A DNA stretch of 41,784 nt from Candidatus Woesearchaeota archaeon (GCA_013331555.1 DUGB01000134.1:244-42027); one strand, 5' to 3'. Positions 1-9,857 are shown, counted from the stretch's first letter. Program-made: numbers and translations. Notes: generated by a model from the sequence alone, not told the origin.

Positions 1-129
1 TCACAATTACTAATAAGCAAATGTTGGAATATTAATCCCATTTGCTATATCATTAAAAATGTTCCATTTTGGGGATGCCAGAAAAGTTGTTGTTCTGTAC
101 ACAAAAAAATAAATTTTAGTAGGAATCAT

Positions 130-678
130 TCAATCCGTCTGCACATAAATTCGTTGACTATTGCCATATTGAGTACTTTTAGCTTTTACAATAACACTAA
201 ATGTATACGTTCCGCGAGGTGTGTCTTCCGGAACGTGAACTAAAATGCCTTCTTTATGATGTTCACCTTCTTTAATATCAATTGGATTTTGATTGAAGAG
301 CAGCCATTTTTTAATTTCTTTTCGTTGTGGATCTGTCAGGATACTATCTTCATTTTGTTCATTGAGATATTTCCCAGGTTCAATGGTTATGGTAAATTGA
401 TTACCAGAATCACCGATATTACGAATACCAAGGCCAAAAACATGGTTGCTGCCACGTTCGATGGTAGCGCTGTGTAATGGCAGTGCAACTGGTTTGCCTT
501 CATCAACGAGTAGTCGTTCTAACTCTTCTTCTGTGCGTGTATCGAGATCAGTCTTAAGTTCCTCTGCTCCCGCGATGAATTTGTATAAGATCGCAATGCC
601 GCTGACAAGAATGACTAATGAAATAAGAACAACAACAAATGTGTTGATGGAAAGTTCAACACTTCCGCGGGTAGTCAT
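130..678 (-). CDS. Archaeal pilin-like protein with class III signal peptide
   Basis: Start re-assigned to ATG 678: MTTRG/SVELSINTFVVVLISLVILVSG (basic residue, G cleavage site, hydrophobic helix); beta-rich C-terminal domain. Confidence 0.75.
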   Translation of the reverse strand: MTTRGSVELSINTFVVVLISLVILVSGIAILYKFIAGAEELKTDLDTRTEEELERLLVDEGKPVALPLHSATIERGSNHVFGLGIRNIGDSGNQFTITIEPGKYLNEQNEDSILTDPQRKEIKKWLLFNQNPIDIKEGEHHKEGILVHVPEDTPRGTYTFSVIVKAKSTQYGNSQRIYVQTD

Positions 679-679
679 C

Positions 680-910
680 TTATGAAAACACTTCATACTC
701 TTTCACAATAATAACAAGGAAGAGAACGAGCAGAGCAGCGCCGGCAATCATATGCCATACCCCTGCGAGAAAATTTTCTTGGCTTAGTGAAAGGTACATT
801 CCCCAACCCATGACAATAAAGCCTAACCATAAGAACTTGTCAAGCACAAGCTTCATAATCTCAAATTCCTGAGCTTCCGTCATTCGTTTCTTTCCGTTGC
901 GTGTTTTCAT
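680..910 (-). CDS. Small two-TM membrane protein
   Basis: 76 aa, two hydrophobic helices, SD GAGGT upstream, tightly packed between two pilin-like genes. Confidence 0.75.
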   Translation of the reverse strand: MKTRNGKKRMTEAQEFEIMKLVLDKFLWLGFIVMGWGMYLSLSQENFLAGVWHMIAGAALLVLFLVIIVKEYEVFS

Positions 911-920
911 GCTGTACCTC

Positions 921-1451
921 TTAGATTATGTTCACAAAGAATGATTTTTCGGCGTAAGGGGGGTCATTAAGTGATGCGCCTACCTGAACAATTTTTAGAT
1001 TGACTAAGTATGTTCCTTTATCTCCACTCGCAAGAATCTTAATGTTGTATGCTTCTGCTTGGGTTACTCTTAAGTTAAAAGGACCTTTATCATAAAAATA
1101 TTCAACTTGATCAACCGGAGGAACATCTGAGCCTTGTTTTCTTGAAGTTTCAATGGCTATTTCAAAGTCTAAAACACCGCTCGAGAGCGTATTCTTAACA
1201 CCAATGGCGATGTCTTGTGATGACTTTGCTTCAATGTTTAATGTTGTTGCAGGGAAACTCAATGGTCTGTTTCCGGTTCGTAAATCCTCTAGAATCTGCT
1301 GACGGACTTGTTCTTGAACCGATGATGATGTTTCGGTAATTGATTTAAATTGGGTGCGAACGAATCCTAATCCTAAGCCGAGAACAACAAAAGCTATAAC
1401 GACAATTACAATGGTTTGTATTGATAAACTGAGTGATCCTTTCTTTGTCAT
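921..1451 (-). CDS. Archaeal pilin-like protein with class III signal peptide
   Basis: MTKKG/SLSLSIQTIVIVVIAFVVLGLGL; SD GAGGTG upstream; same architecture as 130-678. Confidence 0.78.
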   Translation of the reverse strand: MTKKGSLSLSIQTIVIVVIAFVVLGLGLGFVRTQFKSITETSSSVQEQVRQQILEDLRTGNRPLSFPATTLNIEAKSSQDIAIGVKNTLSSGVLDFEIAIETSRKQGSDVPPVDQVEYFYDKGPFNLRVTQAEAYNIKILASGDKGTYLVNLKIVQVGASLNDPPYAEKSFFVNII

Positions 1452-1553
1452 CACGACACCTCTCTTTGGACTGAAATAAAACTTTAGGGTATAAATATGT
1501 TTCTATTTTGTAACCCAAAAATATATATTATAATACTGATTTTGTATCTAAAA

Positions 1554-3215
1554 ATGAGACCATCACGTTTGCTCACTGCACTCTTGGCGTTAACGTTAAG
1601 CGTCTGCGGGCCTTCTCCTCAAAAATCAGAAAGGCAAGAGGGTAGTGAAGATGAACAACAAACGGAAGTTCAACCCACTCCGTCGTGCGATCTTGATAGT
1701 ATCTGTGGTGATGATGAATGTAGTGAAAACCGGGGCTGTGGGTATGCCATTGTTTGTGCTGGCGATGTTGGTGAGAGAATCTGCATTCATACTTCCAGCG
1801 TCGAGTGGTCTTCAATAGGCCATCGAAATGGCGTTCCAATTCTTGAAACGAACTTGGATGAACACGGGAGAGCGGCGTTTCAAGAGCGAAATAAAGATGA
1901 ATTGGCAGTTATTATCGGAACCAATGTAAAAACAGGAAGACCAGCCCGATCAGCCATAGTTACTTATGTCGATGGGAATGATTTTGAGGGGTTCTTTTTT
2001 GGTGAGAATAGGCGTTACAGCAAATTTCTGCCCAGCATCAATATTTTTGCTCACAATTCTGCTCACCAGATCCAACTCGTGCCAAGAGGTTTTGAAGCAG
2101 AGTATCGTGATTTAACGATGATTGACTACATCGTTAATAATGATCAACAATCTGATCCTCTTATTAACTATCTTAGTTGGGCGCAGCAGGGAGGGTATGT
2201 CTACGAAGGATGTAAAACAAGAGAACAACTTCAGCAGGATAGGGAATATAGTATGATGATTCTCAGCTTGATTAAAGGAGGACCTGCTTTCAAGCTTATT
2301 CTGCGTGCATTAGAAAACGTGTCAACACTTGAAGAAATGGGTATTTTTACCTCTGAGTCATCACTGGCGTATCATATTTACGCACCAGTCAATTTTACGG
2401 CTCCGCAATATTTTGAAGGTTTTACTCCAGGTGAAGAAATAGAGAACAATCATTTCGATGATAATTGTGATGGTGAAATTGATGAAGAAGTAAGGATGTG
2501 TACTCCAAATGTGTATATTCGTTGTACTTTTAATGGAACTGTTTCTGGTGATTTTTGGTTTAATTCTTGTCATGAACCGCAATTGGATCAAATGGTCAGG
2601 TTATGTGATGAAGGTTGTTCAATGAGTGGTGAATGTTATCAATCACAACTGCGAGATGAACAATGTGGTCTGGCACGTCAAGGGTGTGATGGAAACTCTC
2701 TTATTATAGTGGATGACTGTGGTCGACGACGAAATACACCCAGTCAAGCCTGTCCTCATTCTACTCGTTGCCGAAATGGTGAGTGTGTAGCAACAACTGA
2801 TAACCCCGCACCGACACCTGATCCCAGAGAGTCACCGGAACCATCACCACCGCTGTCGCGTTTTGAGGTGAGGGATAATGGACGAACTGTTTATGATCGT
2901 AATTATAACCGCCATTGGTTACAGACAAACTCACCAACAGTAATGACTTTTGATGCGAGTACGACTTACTGTGAAACTCTTGGAACTGCCGGAAGACGTT
3001 GGCGAGTTCCGACTTTTGCCGAGTTAAGTAGTCTTGATGATAGTGGAGATTGTGAAATACCACCGGAATTTAATTTAGGTTGTGGTGTATTCTGGTCAAA
3101 CGTAACGTGTGAACAAGCGTGGCGAGCCCAGGCAAAGCAGTTTAGGATATATTATAGTACTAGTATTTGTAGGAGCAAGGAAGATACACTGAATGTTACT
3201 TGTATTGAACAATAG
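1554..3215 (+). CDS. Cys-rich surface lipoprotein-like protein with C-terminal DUF1566/Lcl-like domain
   Basis: Start re-assigned to ATG 1554; signal peptide ending LSVC; acidic EEIENNHFDDNCDGEIDE metal-binding-type motif; Cys-rich repeats; Pro linker; C-terminal TVYD...W...YC..L....WRVPT..EL Lcl-type signature. Confidence 0.7.
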   Translation: MRPSRLLTALLALTLSVCGPSPQKSERQEGSEDEQQTEVQPTPSCDLDSICGDDECSENRGCGYAIVCAGDVGERICIHTSSVEWSSIGHRNGVPILETNLDEHGRAAFQERNKDELAVIIGTNVKTGRPARSAIVTYVDGNDFEGFFFGENRRYSKFLPSINIFAHNSAHQIQLVPRGFEAEYRDLTMIDYIVNNDQQSDPLINYLSWAQQGGYVYEGCKTREQLQQDREYSMMILSLIKGGPAFKLILRALENVSTLEEMGIFTSESSLAYHIYAPVNFTAPQYFEGFTPGEEIENNHFDDNCDGEIDEEVRMCTPNVYIRCTFNGTVSGDFWFNSCHEPQLDQMVRLCDEGCSMSGECYQSQLRDEQCGLARQGCDGNSLIIVDDCGRRRNTPSQACPHSTRCRNGECVATTDNPAPTPDPRESPEPSPPLSRFEVRDNGRTVYDRNYNRHWLQTNSPTVMTFDASTTYCETLGTAGRRWRVPTFAELSSLDDSGDCEIPPEFNLGCGVFWSNVTCEQAWRAQAKQFRIYYSTSICRSKEDTLNVTCIEQ

Positions 3216-3268
3216 TGAAACTAGCAAAATAAAAATATGAATGGGTTACGACTAAAAAATGTGTTTCG

Positions 3269-4117
3269 TTAGAATATATATTTTAGAGCAGGCAGATAAT
3301 AATTGCTGAGAAGAAGAAAGATATACGAAATTAAAAAACAAGGAATAAAAGGAATGCCTTCTTTAATGATGACAGTGGTTATTTTTTTCTGATGAGATAG
3401 TTGCTGAAGAAGTTGGAGATCTCTCTTTTCAATCGTTTTTGAGGAAATGATTGCTTTTCCATTAATTTCAACAGGCTTAGTAAGCCAATCTCCTTCGGTT
3501 AGTTTGGAAATGGGGATGGTTTTGATGAAATTAATCTGTTCAATGCTATTCATGAATAAAAAGAGGTAAAATATGAGCGGAAGAAAGAATGCTAGCGGCC
3601 AGAGGAAGGGATAGGCAATACTTGCTGTGGCGATGAGAAGAGAGAGGCAAATTAAGAAGTGATGAAGCAGTTGATGTTCGCTGAAATATTGTTTAAATGC
3701 CACTAGAAAACGTGCACGACTGCGAATGGCAATAATAATCATCCATCCCAGGCCGTAGACTGCTCCTGTGATGAGAAGAAGGAGAAAGAACCATCCTAAT
3801 GTTAAAGAGGAGTAGGAAAAAGGAAAAAGAATGCCAATACTTGCACCCATACCCATAAGGAGTTTACTGTCACCGCCACCCCATTGTCCGGCGTAATAAA
3901 ATAAGCAGGCGAGAAGGAAACCAGCTAAGAAACCGAAAAAACCACTGAGAAAAATGTTTAATCCGTTTTGGAAGGCAAAAATAATTCTAATGCCAAATGC
4001 AGTGAACAAAAAAGCGTAATTCAGCCAATCAGGTACTTCTCTAGTTTTGAGATCAGTGTAAGAGGCAATGAAAAGAGTTATGAGGGTAACACTGATTAGA
4101 AAAATTTCCATCACCAT
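3269..4117 (-). CDS. Prepilin/preflagellin peptidase (A24, PibD/FlaK-like)
   Basis: Polytopic membrane protein; ASYTDLKTREVPD and GGGDSKLL catalytic Asp motifs; C-terminal L.EGDW and GIPFIP. Confidence 0.9.
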   Translation of the reverse strand: MVMEIFLISVTLITLFIASYTDLKTREVPDWLNYAFLFTAFGIRIIFAFQNGLNIFLSGFFGFLAGFLLACLFYYAGQWGGGDSKLLMGMGASIGILFPFSYSSLTLGWFFLLLLITGAVYGLGWMIIIAIRSRARFLVAFKQYFSEHQLLHHFLICLSLLIATASIAYPFLWPLAFFLPLIFYLFLFMNSIEQINFIKTIPISKLTEGDWLTKPVEINGKAIISSKTIEKRDLQLLQQLSHQKKITTVIIKEGIPFIPCFLISYIFLLLSNYYLPALKYIF

Positions 4118-4244
4118 AGATTATTGACACTGTTACGTTATATTAAATTTTTGTTTTCAGGAATAAGAACAAGTGCCAAAAAGTTTATAAACGAAGTTGC
4201 TTTGGTTCTCTTCTAATTTATTAAAAAAGTGATGGTGATGCAGT

Positions 4245-4787
4245 ATGCCTAAAGAAGATGACTATGAGCTTCTTCCCCACAAGTTGCTGGCGGATTTAAA
4301 GTATGATGTGGAAGTTCTTAAGAAAAAGCTTACGCAGCCCGATACAAAGATGAATGAGTTGGTGTTGGAGATTGAAAGTCTTAAAGATTCTCTTCATGAG
4401 TTGAATACTATTTTTCAGAAAGCGCTTGATGAAATGAAGCAAGAGGGGGATTTATCACGGCAGTTTTCAGTGTTAAAAGAAAAGCTTGATGCGGTTGTCA
4501 GTCAAAACGAAACTATTGCGCGAGGAATGGTTGCAGTATCAGAAAAAATTGATGCGTTTATTGAGCGTGGTTCTTCTAGAATGGTTATGCCTCCGCCAAT
4601 GTCTGTGATACCGATTAGACATACGATGAATGCGCCACCGTTATTTGCTCCCGATAGGATGGCTCCCCCACCAATGTCGATGGAGTCAATGTCTACTCCT
4701 TCTGTCGGAATGGATAATGATTTACCTCCACCTCCTCCTGCTTTCGGCAGTGATCGGAAGAGATCTTTAGGCGGTCTCTTTAAGTGA
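4245..4787 (+). CDS. Coiled-coil protein with Pro-rich C-terminus
   Basis: SD GGTGA upstream; heptad-rich N half; PPP-rich tail ending KRSLGGLFK. Confidence 0.75.
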   Translation: MPKEDDYELLPHKLLADLKYDVEVLKKKLTQPDTKMNELVLEIESLKDSLHELNTIFQKALDEMKQEGDLSRQFSVLKEKLDAVVSQNETIARGMVAVSEKIDAFIERGSSRMVMPPPMSVIPIRHTMNAPPLFAPDRMAPPPMSMESMSTPSVGMDNDLPPPPPAFGSDRKRSLGGLFK

Positions 4788-4797
4788 GGATTTGATA

Positions 4798-5598
4798 ATG
4801 GGATTCTGGGCTGCTCAGCATTTTCTGCGGTTGGTGGCGACGACAGCACAACGAGAACGACAATTAATCTCGCGTGTCGAAATCACTAAAAAGATTAATG
4901 AGATAAAGTATCTTTCAACGCAGAAAAAAGTTCCAGTATTGACATTACGACGGGAGATACAACATCTTGAAGATCGTTTGCATGGTGTTTTTGCTGTTGA
5001 AAAGAAATTAGCGGAGCAGAAAAAACACGAAACAAGCCGGGTGGCAGCATTAAAACGGCAGATTTCTGTGCTTAAGAAACAGTTGAGTGCTGTTCAAGAT
5101 CCAAATGTACAGCAAAAAATAGAAAGATTATCGCATCTCTTAGGGGAATATCTTGCGCACCAGGAAACAGCTGATGATATTGAATTACGACAGAAAGTAA
5201 TGGAGGAGTTGCAGGTTGCGAAAAATACTCTGCCGCCGCGTACTTCTGCTGCGAGTCCTGAACGAGTTGTTTCGTTACGTCACCGGCTGGAAGCGCTGAA
5301 GCAAGAGTTACTTATTACTCAAGAGCGGGAGAAAGTCAATCCCGAAAAAGTACGTCTGCTTGAAGAACAAGTCCAAGCGGTTGAACTGCGTTTGGAAGAG
5401 TATGAACAACGGCAGTTTGCTCAGAAACCGATTCAAGAGTTATCACAGAGTCAGGATGTTGTCAAGCATAATGTTCTTCTTCAGTCAGTTGCTGTTCCTC
5501 AGTTTCCTGAACCGTTGTCTGCTGAGGATTTAGAGATCGAGAAAGAATTGCCATTACCTCCGCCGCCGAAAATGAAAGTGAAGTATACGAAAGGGTAG
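4798..5598 (+). CDS. Coiled-coil protein with C-terminal polyproline motif
   Basis: Directly after previous gene, GAGGA SD; long helical heptads; ELPLPPPPK tail; start could be 4792 or 4798. Confidence 0.7.
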   Translation: MGFWAAQHFLRLVATTAQRERQLISRVEITKKINEIKYLSTQKKVPVLTLRREIQHLEDRLHGVFAVEKKLAEQKKHETSRVAALKRQISVLKKQLSAVQDPNVQQKIERLSHLLGEYLAHQETADDIELRQKVMEELQVAKNTLPPRTSAASPERVVSLRHRLEALKQELLITQEREKVNPEKVRLLEEQVQAVELRLEEYEQRQFAQKPIQELSQSQDVVKHNVLLQSVAVPQFPEPLSAEDLEIEKELPLPPPPKMKVKYTKG

Positions 5599-5713
5599 AT
5601 TAGTCTTGTGATTTTGGTTCTTTTCTGCTTTGCTTCAACATTTTTTTCTCAATAAAAAATGAAATTCAATAGACAGGAAAATTAATAATGGGAGAAAGTA
5701 TTTCTTCTAATAT

Positions 5714-6841
5714 ATGAAGTATATGAATTTGAGTTATATTTTTATAAATCTCTGTATTATTTTTTTGATAGTATTATTTGTTACTGAATATAATCCCAAG
5801 ACTCTTCTCAATGAAAAAATTGTGACTCATTCTGAAAAGAATTTTTATGAAAAGTCAGATGTCGGAACGGATGTATTTAGATTAACAGCTGATCCAGGTA
5901 ATGATAAAATTTTTTACCAAGAACCAAATTATTTTAATCCACAAGATTCATTGTTTTTATTTAAATCAGATCGAGATAACGGTAAAGAAAAAATATACCT
6001 ATTAAATCTACGTTCTGGAGAGATAATTCAATTAAGAGAAAGTTCTTCTTTTGGACATATCCCCACCTGGTCAATTGATGGGAAAGAGGTATATATCGGA
6101 ACGAAAGGAGAGATTATCGTCACTCCTATTAAAGATGTCAAAGAAAGAAGAATTAGAATCCCTGATGATTCATGGATAACTTTTCTCCACGTAAATCCGA
6201 GTGGAGATAAAATTATTTTTGTTGAAGAAAGTGCTGATGGACATAAAGGACTTGCAGTAGTAAATGTGAATGGTTCAGATTATAAAAGACTCTTCTCTAC
6301 GGATAATAAATCCGTATTTTATATTGACCATCCTACATTTATAGATAACAACAAAATATTATTTCTAACTAGAGGAAAGAACAGAGATTTTACAGGAGAT
6401 TACAATAAACCATATATCTTAGATTTAAATGGGGCGTTATCAAGATTACCGCTTGAGTGTTCACATTATGATATAAATTTTCAAGGAGATAAAATCCTTT
6501 GCGCTAGTGAAGGTTATATTATTAATTTAAATGGAGATATATTACAGTCTTTCTCTGAGCTACGAGGGCATGGAGTATGGGCGCCGGATGGAATTACATT
6601 TCTAATGACAGGAGATCCTGTTTCTGTATCGGAGAGATATTTTGGAAAGATCGTGATAATGATCTTTGGTTCGAACATCTCATATAATTTAGTGAGTCAT
6701 GAGAGCACCTATAATAGTTCTTTAGAAGTTCATATCCAACCAAATGCACAATTTTCAAGAAATGGGCGTTATGTCATCTATGAATCAGATAGGGGAAAGT
6801 CTCAGAATTCTGATTTATATTTGGTTACAGTACCAGAGTAG
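5714..6841 (+). CDS. Membrane-anchored TolB / oligogalacturonate-lyase-like beta-propeller protein
   Basis: N-terminal TM; PD40-like blades PTWSIDGK, VNPSGDKIIF, WAPDG, QFSRNGRYVIYESDR. Confidence 0.72.
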   Translation: MKYMNLSYIFINLCIIFLIVLFVTEYNPKTLLNEKIVTHSEKNFYEKSDVGTDVFRLTADPGNDKIFYQEPNYFNPQDSLFLFKSDRDNGKEKIYLLNLRSGEIIQLRESSSFGHIPTWSIDGKEVYIGTKGEIIVTPIKDVKERRIRIPDDSWITFLHVNPSGDKIIFVEESADGHKGLAVVNVNGSDYKRLFSTDNKSVFYIDHPTFIDNNKILFLTRGKNRDFTGDYNKPYILDLNGALSRLPLECSHYDINFQGDKILCASEGYIINLNGDILQSFSELRGHGVWAPDGITFLMTGDPVSVSERYFGKIVIMIFGSNISYNLVSHESTYNSSLEVHIQPNAQFSRNGRYVIYESDRGKSQNSDLYLVTVPE

Positions 6842-6883
6842 GATACTAATTTATTCCGTAAAATAGAGATTATGAATACACAA

Positions 6884-7054
6884 TTAGAGATCTTTTGACA
6901 TTACAGTTCGCCGGCCGTTTTCTTTTGCACGCTGGACGGCTTTGAGAACAAGTTCTTTTACTTTTTCATCCAATACATCAATGAAATCTGCAGAGATGTT
7001 ATCGATACCGGCATCTTTAGTTATTTCTTTAATCTGAAGGCGAACAGTTATCAT
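6884..7054 (-). CDS. Archaeal histone-fold protein (DUF1931/histone-like), missing from ORF track
   Basis: 56 aa translated by hand: MITVRLQIKEITKDAGIDNISADFIDVLDEKVKELVLKAVQRAKENGRRTVMSKDL; R.TV...D histone-fold C-terminal signature; TTTAAATA box about 25 nt upstream. Confidence 0.85.
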   Translation of the reverse strand: MITVRLQIKEITKDAGIDNISADFIDVLDEKVKELVLKAVQRAKENGRRTVMSKDL

Positions 7055-7080
7055 AAGTACAATGAATGGTTCTTTTCTAT

Positions 7081-8007
7081 TTAAAGATTCTGTCCTTTCT
7101 TTGTTCTGTAGTCATTTAGAATTTGATTGTGATCAAAAAGAAGAGCAGGGACTTCATTAGAGTCACAGAGGATAACTTTTTCAGCATCGCTACCAGGTTT
7201 AATCTCTCCATTGCCGATTCCTGCGTAAGCAATAGAAATACGATGTCCCGGCCGAGGATCACGACCAGGTTTTGAATAAACCCCAACCAGGCGAGTTAAT
7301 TGAACTTGCAATCCCGTTTCTTCTTCTGCTTCGCGGACTGCGGCTTGTTCAGCACTTTCTCCCGGATCAATATGTCCTCCAACAAGGGCGTACCCCAGCG
7401 GTTTTTCTTTCCGTTTGATAATGACGAGTTTATCTTGGTATTCAATTACAATGTCTACTGTGGGAATTGGATTGTCAAATGTCAATTTCTGTATCCTCCG
7501 TTGGCGTTCATGGTGTTGTAGGTAAGATGGAATGTGGGGTGGAACAAGAGCACTAATATCAATACCACGAGCATATAATGCGCGAAGCTGTGTGGCATGA
7601 AGTTCAAGGTGTTCTTCAATCGGTATGATTGTGCAATTATCTTTCCCCCGAAAACAATCTGTAGTGTAAGGATTAGAGGAAAATAAAGTAATAGGATTTT
7701 CAGGTATTCCAAAATGTTCAAAGACATGGTCTGCATAGTGTGGTGGATTGTTGAGATCGTCAATCAAACGATACTGGAAAGGGACTTCCATCCGTGCGGC
7801 GGCGTTTTGAACAATGGGTTTTACCATCTCCCAACATTCTGTGCCACTGAATGGATTACGAGCGCTTATCTCATCAGCAACACCAATTCCAACATTAAGG
7901 CGGTCTACTTTTTGTCTTCGCCAATGATGTTCAATGATTTGTTCAAAAAGATCAACATGGTTGTTTCCTACGAGTTGAAATCGGCCGATGACTAATGCTT
8001 CGGTCAT
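7081..8007 (-). CDS. nadM: Bifunctional NMN/NaMN adenylyltransferase - Nudix (ADP-ribose pyrophosphatase-like), NadM-Nudix
   Basis: N-terminal IGRFQ...H and RNPFS; C-terminal intact Nudix box GGHIDPGESAEQAAVREAEEETGL plus YS.PGRDPR. Confidence 0.85.
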   Translation of the reverse strand: MTEALVIGRFQLVGNNHVDLFEQIIEHHWRRQKVDRLNVGIGVADEISARNPFSGTECWEMVKPIVQNAAARMEVPFQYRLIDDLNNPPHYADHVFEHFGIPENPITLFSSNPYTTDCFRGKDNCTIIPIEEHLELHATQLRALYARGIDISALVPPHIPSYLQHHERQRRIQKLTFDNPIPTVDIVIEYQDKLVIIKRKEKPLGYALVGGHIDPGESAEQAAVREAEEETGLQVQLTRLVGVYSKPGRDPRPGHRISIAYAGIGNGEIKPGSDAEKVILCDSNEVPALLFDHNQILNDYRTKKGQNL

Positions 8008-9809
8008 GATGTTTGACCTTGCTCATAGCGAGCTCTGATTTTATCAAAATCGTATCTTCCGGTAAAATGGTTGATGATTGTAGGTCGTTCACTGAATCCT
8101 CTTGCTCGAGGATCTTTGACTACAACGATTGGAGCACTTTGTCCAATTTTGTAAACACTCCGTCTGGATCTCTCAAAGACCGTCATGACAATACTTTCAA
8201 ATTGTTCTCGTCCATAAAGATCATATATGGTTCTTCCTTGATCATCACAAGGAAAATAGTCTGGTGTTAATGCTCTTGTGTCATATGCATGCATTAATTC
8301 TACTGGCCCTTTCATTCTCCGGGCAATTTCTGAACAGATACCTGATTCAATAAAATAATCTATTGGATCTTCTTTAGCATCAGGTAATTCTGCTGCTGGT
8401 TTTATGGTTCCATCATAAAGCAAATGGGGGATGACTTCTTTCTCTAAGCGCTGGTTTAAGCGCGTAGCAATTTTATATAATTCAAGTTTTGATAGACTTC
8501 CTAGTTGCTGGTCAACACCAATACTGCCAATATCATGAAAATTGGCCCAGCCTTGGACATTTTCAGTTTCATTACCTGTCGGGCAAATACCACGTCTTGT
8601 TTGACCGTTAGCTGCTGTCAATCCCAAAACACTTCTTCCGACTGCTTGCATCGTTGATCTTTGAAGTGGACTAGGATCATGTCCATACACTTCTCTAAAG
8701 TTTGCAACCATCGCTTCATAAGGACCTTGAATTGGCTCCCAGGTGACATTAACAGCCAACATTTCGGCAAGATGATTTACAAGACCTCTTGAATCAGTAT
8801 TACACTGTGAAGGATTACTGATAAACGCTATTCTTTCTGGTCCTAGAGCGAGATAGGTTAAAACAGCTTCTATGGAGCTATCTAAACCACCACTAAGGTG
8901 GATCTGAGCTTCTTTAATTCCTAAAACGTTGAATAATTCTGTCCGTTCAAAGATCAGTGCATCAATAACTTCATCTTCCCAACAGTTATAGAATTTTGGT
9001 TGAATGGGGTTTGTTGTTGGTTTGTCAACATCAAGTTCAATAATTTGGTAATCTCGAGCAAAACGTTTTAATTCGGCAACAGGAGTTCCTTCACAATCGA
9101 AAGCCAAACTTCCACCATCGTAGATGAGAATATTTTTGATGATATCTCCAACACCAGCAGCGTTGACTGACACAACAGGTATTCTTTTCTCTTTAGCGTG
9201 TCCACCAAATATGCTATATCTTCTTGGTTGTTTATCAGTATAAAAATAAGAATAATTAAGTCCGAAGGCAATTTCTGCTCCTTGAGCTACTCCTTCCGCA
9301 ATAAGATCTCGGTCATGATCTTGTGTCCACCAATCTTCACAAATGGCAACTTGGATTTTTCTTATTTGCCCATCAATTTTTACTTCGATGACTCCAGCTT
9401 CTTGTCCGGGGGTAAAATATTTCACATCTTCATGATGATCATCATTGGCAAGAAGAATTTTATCATAGATATGAATTATTCCTTTTCCGCCTTGAATTAT
9501 CGCAGCGGAATTAGTGATGTCAGGGCGGCCATTTTTTTTCGTTCCTTTAACATCTACGAAGCCAATAATGGCAACCATTCCTTCCGGAACTTCAGGAACA
9601 ATAATTTCTTCGAGAAATTGCTTATTATATCGTACAAAACTAGGAATCTCAAAAGAGCCGCCGCAGCAATAACCGGTAAGAGCTGTTTCGGGACTGACAA
9701 ATACGTGGGCTTTATCATCCTTTGCCCGGCGTAAATCTTCAATGAGCTGAGCGACGTTACCTTCTAAGTCACCACTTATGGGTTTTGTTTGGGAAATTGC
9801 TATTTTCAT
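8004..9809 (-). CDS. nadE: Glutamine-dependent NAD+ synthetase
   Basis: Nitrilase domain triad (PETALTGY, YDK, ICEDWW); synthetase SGGLDSS, TGN..E, KPAAEL. Confidence 0.93.
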   Translation of the reverse strand: MKIAISQTKPISGDLEGNVAQLIEDLRRAKDDKAHVFVSPETALTGYCCGGSFEIPSFVRYNKQFLEEIIVPEVPEGMVAIIGFVDVKGTKKNGRPDITNSAAIIQGGKGIIHIYDKILLANDDHHEDVKYFTPGQEAGVIEVKIDGQIRKIQVAICEDWWTQDHDRDLIAEGVAQGAEIAFGLNYSYFYTDKQPRRYSIFGGHAKEKRIPVVSVNAAGVGDIIKNILIYDGGSLAFDCEGTPVAELKRFARDYQIIELDVDKPTTNPIQPKFYNCWEDEVIDALIFERTELFNVLGIKEAQIHLSGGLDSSIEAVLTYLALGPERIAFISNPSQCNTDSRGLVNHLAEMLAVNVTWEPIQGPYEAMVANFREVYGHDPSPLQRSTMQAVGRSVLGLTAANGQTRRGICPTGNETENVQGWANFHDIGSIGVDQQLGSLSKLELYKIATRLNQRLEKEVIPHLLYDGTIKPAAELPDAKEDPIDYFIESGICSEIARRMKGPVELMHAYDTRALTPDYFPCDDQGRTIYDLYGREQFESIVMTVFERSRRSVYKIGQSAPIVVVKDPRARGFSERPTIINHFTGRYDFDKIRARYEQGQTS

Positions 9810-9813
9810 ATTT

Positions 9814-9857
9814 TATTGTCTTTTTTACACTTAATACTAAGTGTAGTTTACACACTA
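9814..9857. promoter_or_regulatory. Two NrtR-type operators between the nadE start and its TATA box
   Basis: TATTGT-CTTTTTT-ACACTT (9814-9832) and AAGTGT-AGTTTAC-ACACTA (9839-9857); minus-strand TTTAAATA at 9859-9866. Confidence 0.8.

Noticed and set aside
1..129. Short minus-strand ORF at the window start (about 39 aa)
   Set aside because: Too short, no motif, and context is cut off by the window edge.
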